DNA from: Camelus ferus
Lineage: Eukaryota
Reading direction: 5' to 3'
Length of the DNA stretch: 64,000 nt
NCBI RefSeq assembly: GCF_009834535.1
Contig: NC_045696.1
Location: 55,554,001-55,618,000, forward strand
Shown: piece by piece, positions 61,810 to 64,000 of the stretch
How the letters are laid out: every line of letters starts with the position of its first letter
Numbering within the stretch: position 1 is the stretch's first letter
Notes under the pieces: model-generated
Told to the model about the DNA's origin: nothing
What the model saw: the letters and a program-made list of their open reading frames with translations, nothing else
Database searches by the model: none
Program-made: the position numbers and the translations under genes

Positions 61810-64000
61810 GTGAGTGCTCTCTCCTCCCAAGACCTGCCAGAAGGTTTTTCGTTCTTCATAAAGAAAATACTGGTTAACCGTAGGTATTAGTCTCTCGCTA
61901 AAGAATTCTGCACCCTTTCTCCTAAACTTCATGTTAACTGTTTCCTTCTCTGTTGGTCAATTGTAAATTCTAATCTAGGGCTGATCTGGGAAAATTTACA
62001 TTTTAATGAAATTAAGAAAACATGAGAAATGCAATAGCAAGATCCAACTTTGTTTAAATGAAAATTATTTGTACCAGGTGTAGAATTGGTATTTTGAAAA
62101 ATGTTTACATCAAATAAAGAATTGCTCTGCCTGTTTTTGCAGAATGTTGATTGAAAGGGATGATGCACAAAAGGAATATTTTGCCAGTTCCAAAGCAATG
62201 GCAGTTGCTGAGGGTAGATGCGGTAATTATACATCCACATTCCTTACTCAGTGGTCATGTGGAACAGTCGTAATAAAATGTTAGATTGGTGATTTGGGCA
62301 GAAGATAGTTTACATACAGGTGGGTTTTGAAAGTGTTTCCAGCCTGATAAGAATGATATGATGATGATGAAAACTAACATTTATTGAGTACTTATCTGCC
62401 CTGACACTTCTGCAAGTGCCATACAGATATTAACGCATTTAACGCTCAGAGGGTGGTGCCACTATAATCCCTATTTTACAGATGAGGAACCGAGGTACAG
62501 AGATGCTAATAAGTGCCTAGCCCAAGGCAATGCAGCTAGTATGTGGAAGAGTCAGGATTCAAATGCTAGCAGCCTGGCTCCAGACTTTAAGCCAAGAAAG
62601 AGCTTGGTAATAATCTCCCGAAGCCCTAAAGAGAATCCTCATACAGAAAAGGACGTGGGAGGGCTATACAGATTATTTCGCAGAGTCGTTCAAAGCAATC
62701 CTCATTTAGCTGTTCAGCAACACTGTTTTGGTATTGTTTTGATCAGTCATATTCAGACTGCTAGAAAAATTAAATTTATTGCTTGTAATTACAATATGCA
62801 ACATAATTATAACTCTCAGGAGTAATAAAATGATTTTAATATTTCAGCCTTGGAACTAGCCCATGTAGACATATCTTGACTGGATTGTAATCTTATACAA
62901 ACTGTATCATCTCTTTGAAAGGGACAAAAAAGGTTGTTTGCCATTAGATAATTGGTTTATTTCACAGCCATGCTATTTTCCCTCTCACATAGAACATTCT
63001 AGTAATGAGGGGCCTCTATGCTCCTTTTGACGACCTTTGTCATGCCCTCCCTTACAGTCCTTGGCCTCATCACCTCCTCTACCCACCAGCTACACCACAA
63101 TGACAAACTCGCTGTCACTCAATTCGGCACCACGTTCCTGCATCCTGAACCTCCTCTCTCTGTCTTGGACTCCCTGTGCTCCTGCTTTCTCAGTCTCACT
63201 CATTCTTCACCCTCAACACAATCTCTTATCTACTCAGCTTTCCTAATTCTCCCTGCCCTGGTCTTGCTGGTTGCCACATGCCACCATTCTCTCCGAGTGA
63301 CAGGTCCTGCAAATTCTCTTATAGCAATCCTTTTCCACAAAGCAAAGTATGCCACCCCAGTACCTCATATACTTTACTTCTAGGATTGCAGTAAGATATT
63401 GAAATATATTATAATTATTTGTTTGCAAGTCTGTTTTTTTATGAGCTTCCTTGAGGGCCATGCATCATTCAATTCTGGATCTTCAGTTCGTAGCACAATG
63501 CCTGGCATAAAGCAGGCATCGATGTGTTTGGTGGTTGGGCAGATGAAGAGGTGAATGACTCTTTTTCACACCCATATCATAGCTTTGGATGATCTACAAT
63601 GCACAAAGGAAGGCTAACAAAATTAGAAAAGTCGTCATAAGTGCAGTAATAAGAGAAATCTACCAGAATGTCACGTAGTGTGTCAGATGCAAATATATAC
63701 ATTTGTACGTCATGGTTCATCTGCCCCCAACATGCTGTGTGCAAATTCTGATCACTACAGCTCAAGAGCATTTTGATGGGACTAAGGCAGGTCAAGGGAA
63801 GCCCCACTACAATGACAGAAAGGCATCATGAAAGGCACAAAATGAGAAGAGGTGAAAAAATAGGGGCTTTTGTCTGTGAGCTCCAGGAGGGCAGGACCCA
63901 CTCTTGCCTTATCACAGCGGAGTGCCTGGCCCAGTGCCGGGCACCTGGCGTGAGTGGGCTTTTATACATATTACTGGACAAAAAACCAGCTCCCAGGATT

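Noticed and set aside
61810..64000. UPK1B exons 7-8
   Set aside because: No matching coding sequence seen; expected beyond the window end rather than deleted.

Overview
Mammalian (not microbial) genomic DNA. Two tRNA-Ala-derived SINEs resemble the camelid Vic-1 family, so the source is probably alpaca/camel (inference). The window is the IGSF11(-) / TEX55(+) / UPK1B(+) locus. (1) On the minus strand is the 5' end of the distal IGSF11 isoform: a candidate first exon in the CpG island at ~21.2 kb and a 62-nt ATG-bearing exon at 11326-11387. (2) TEX55/C3orf30 is complete in 4 coding exons (~472 aa), head-to-head with IGSF11; exon 4 at 35420 is missing from the ORF track. (3) UPK1B has a candidate non-coding exon 1 (~43.6 kb) and coding exons 2-6; the remaining exons lie beyond the window. 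The rest is mostly L1, MaLR/ERVL LTRs, hAT MITEs, MIR/L2 and microsatellites. Main observations: a 1-bp insertion in UPK1B exon 5 that frameshifts the gene (assembly error or real null allele); an IGSF11 start-codon exon built like a recursive-splicing exon (YAG|GTAAGA); and a TEX55 architecture joining an array of PKA-type motifs to a D/D-like domain whose last helix depends on a distant terminal exon. Comparisons with human proteins are from memory. Repeat family names and boundaries are by eye and need RepeatMasker/BLAST confirmation.
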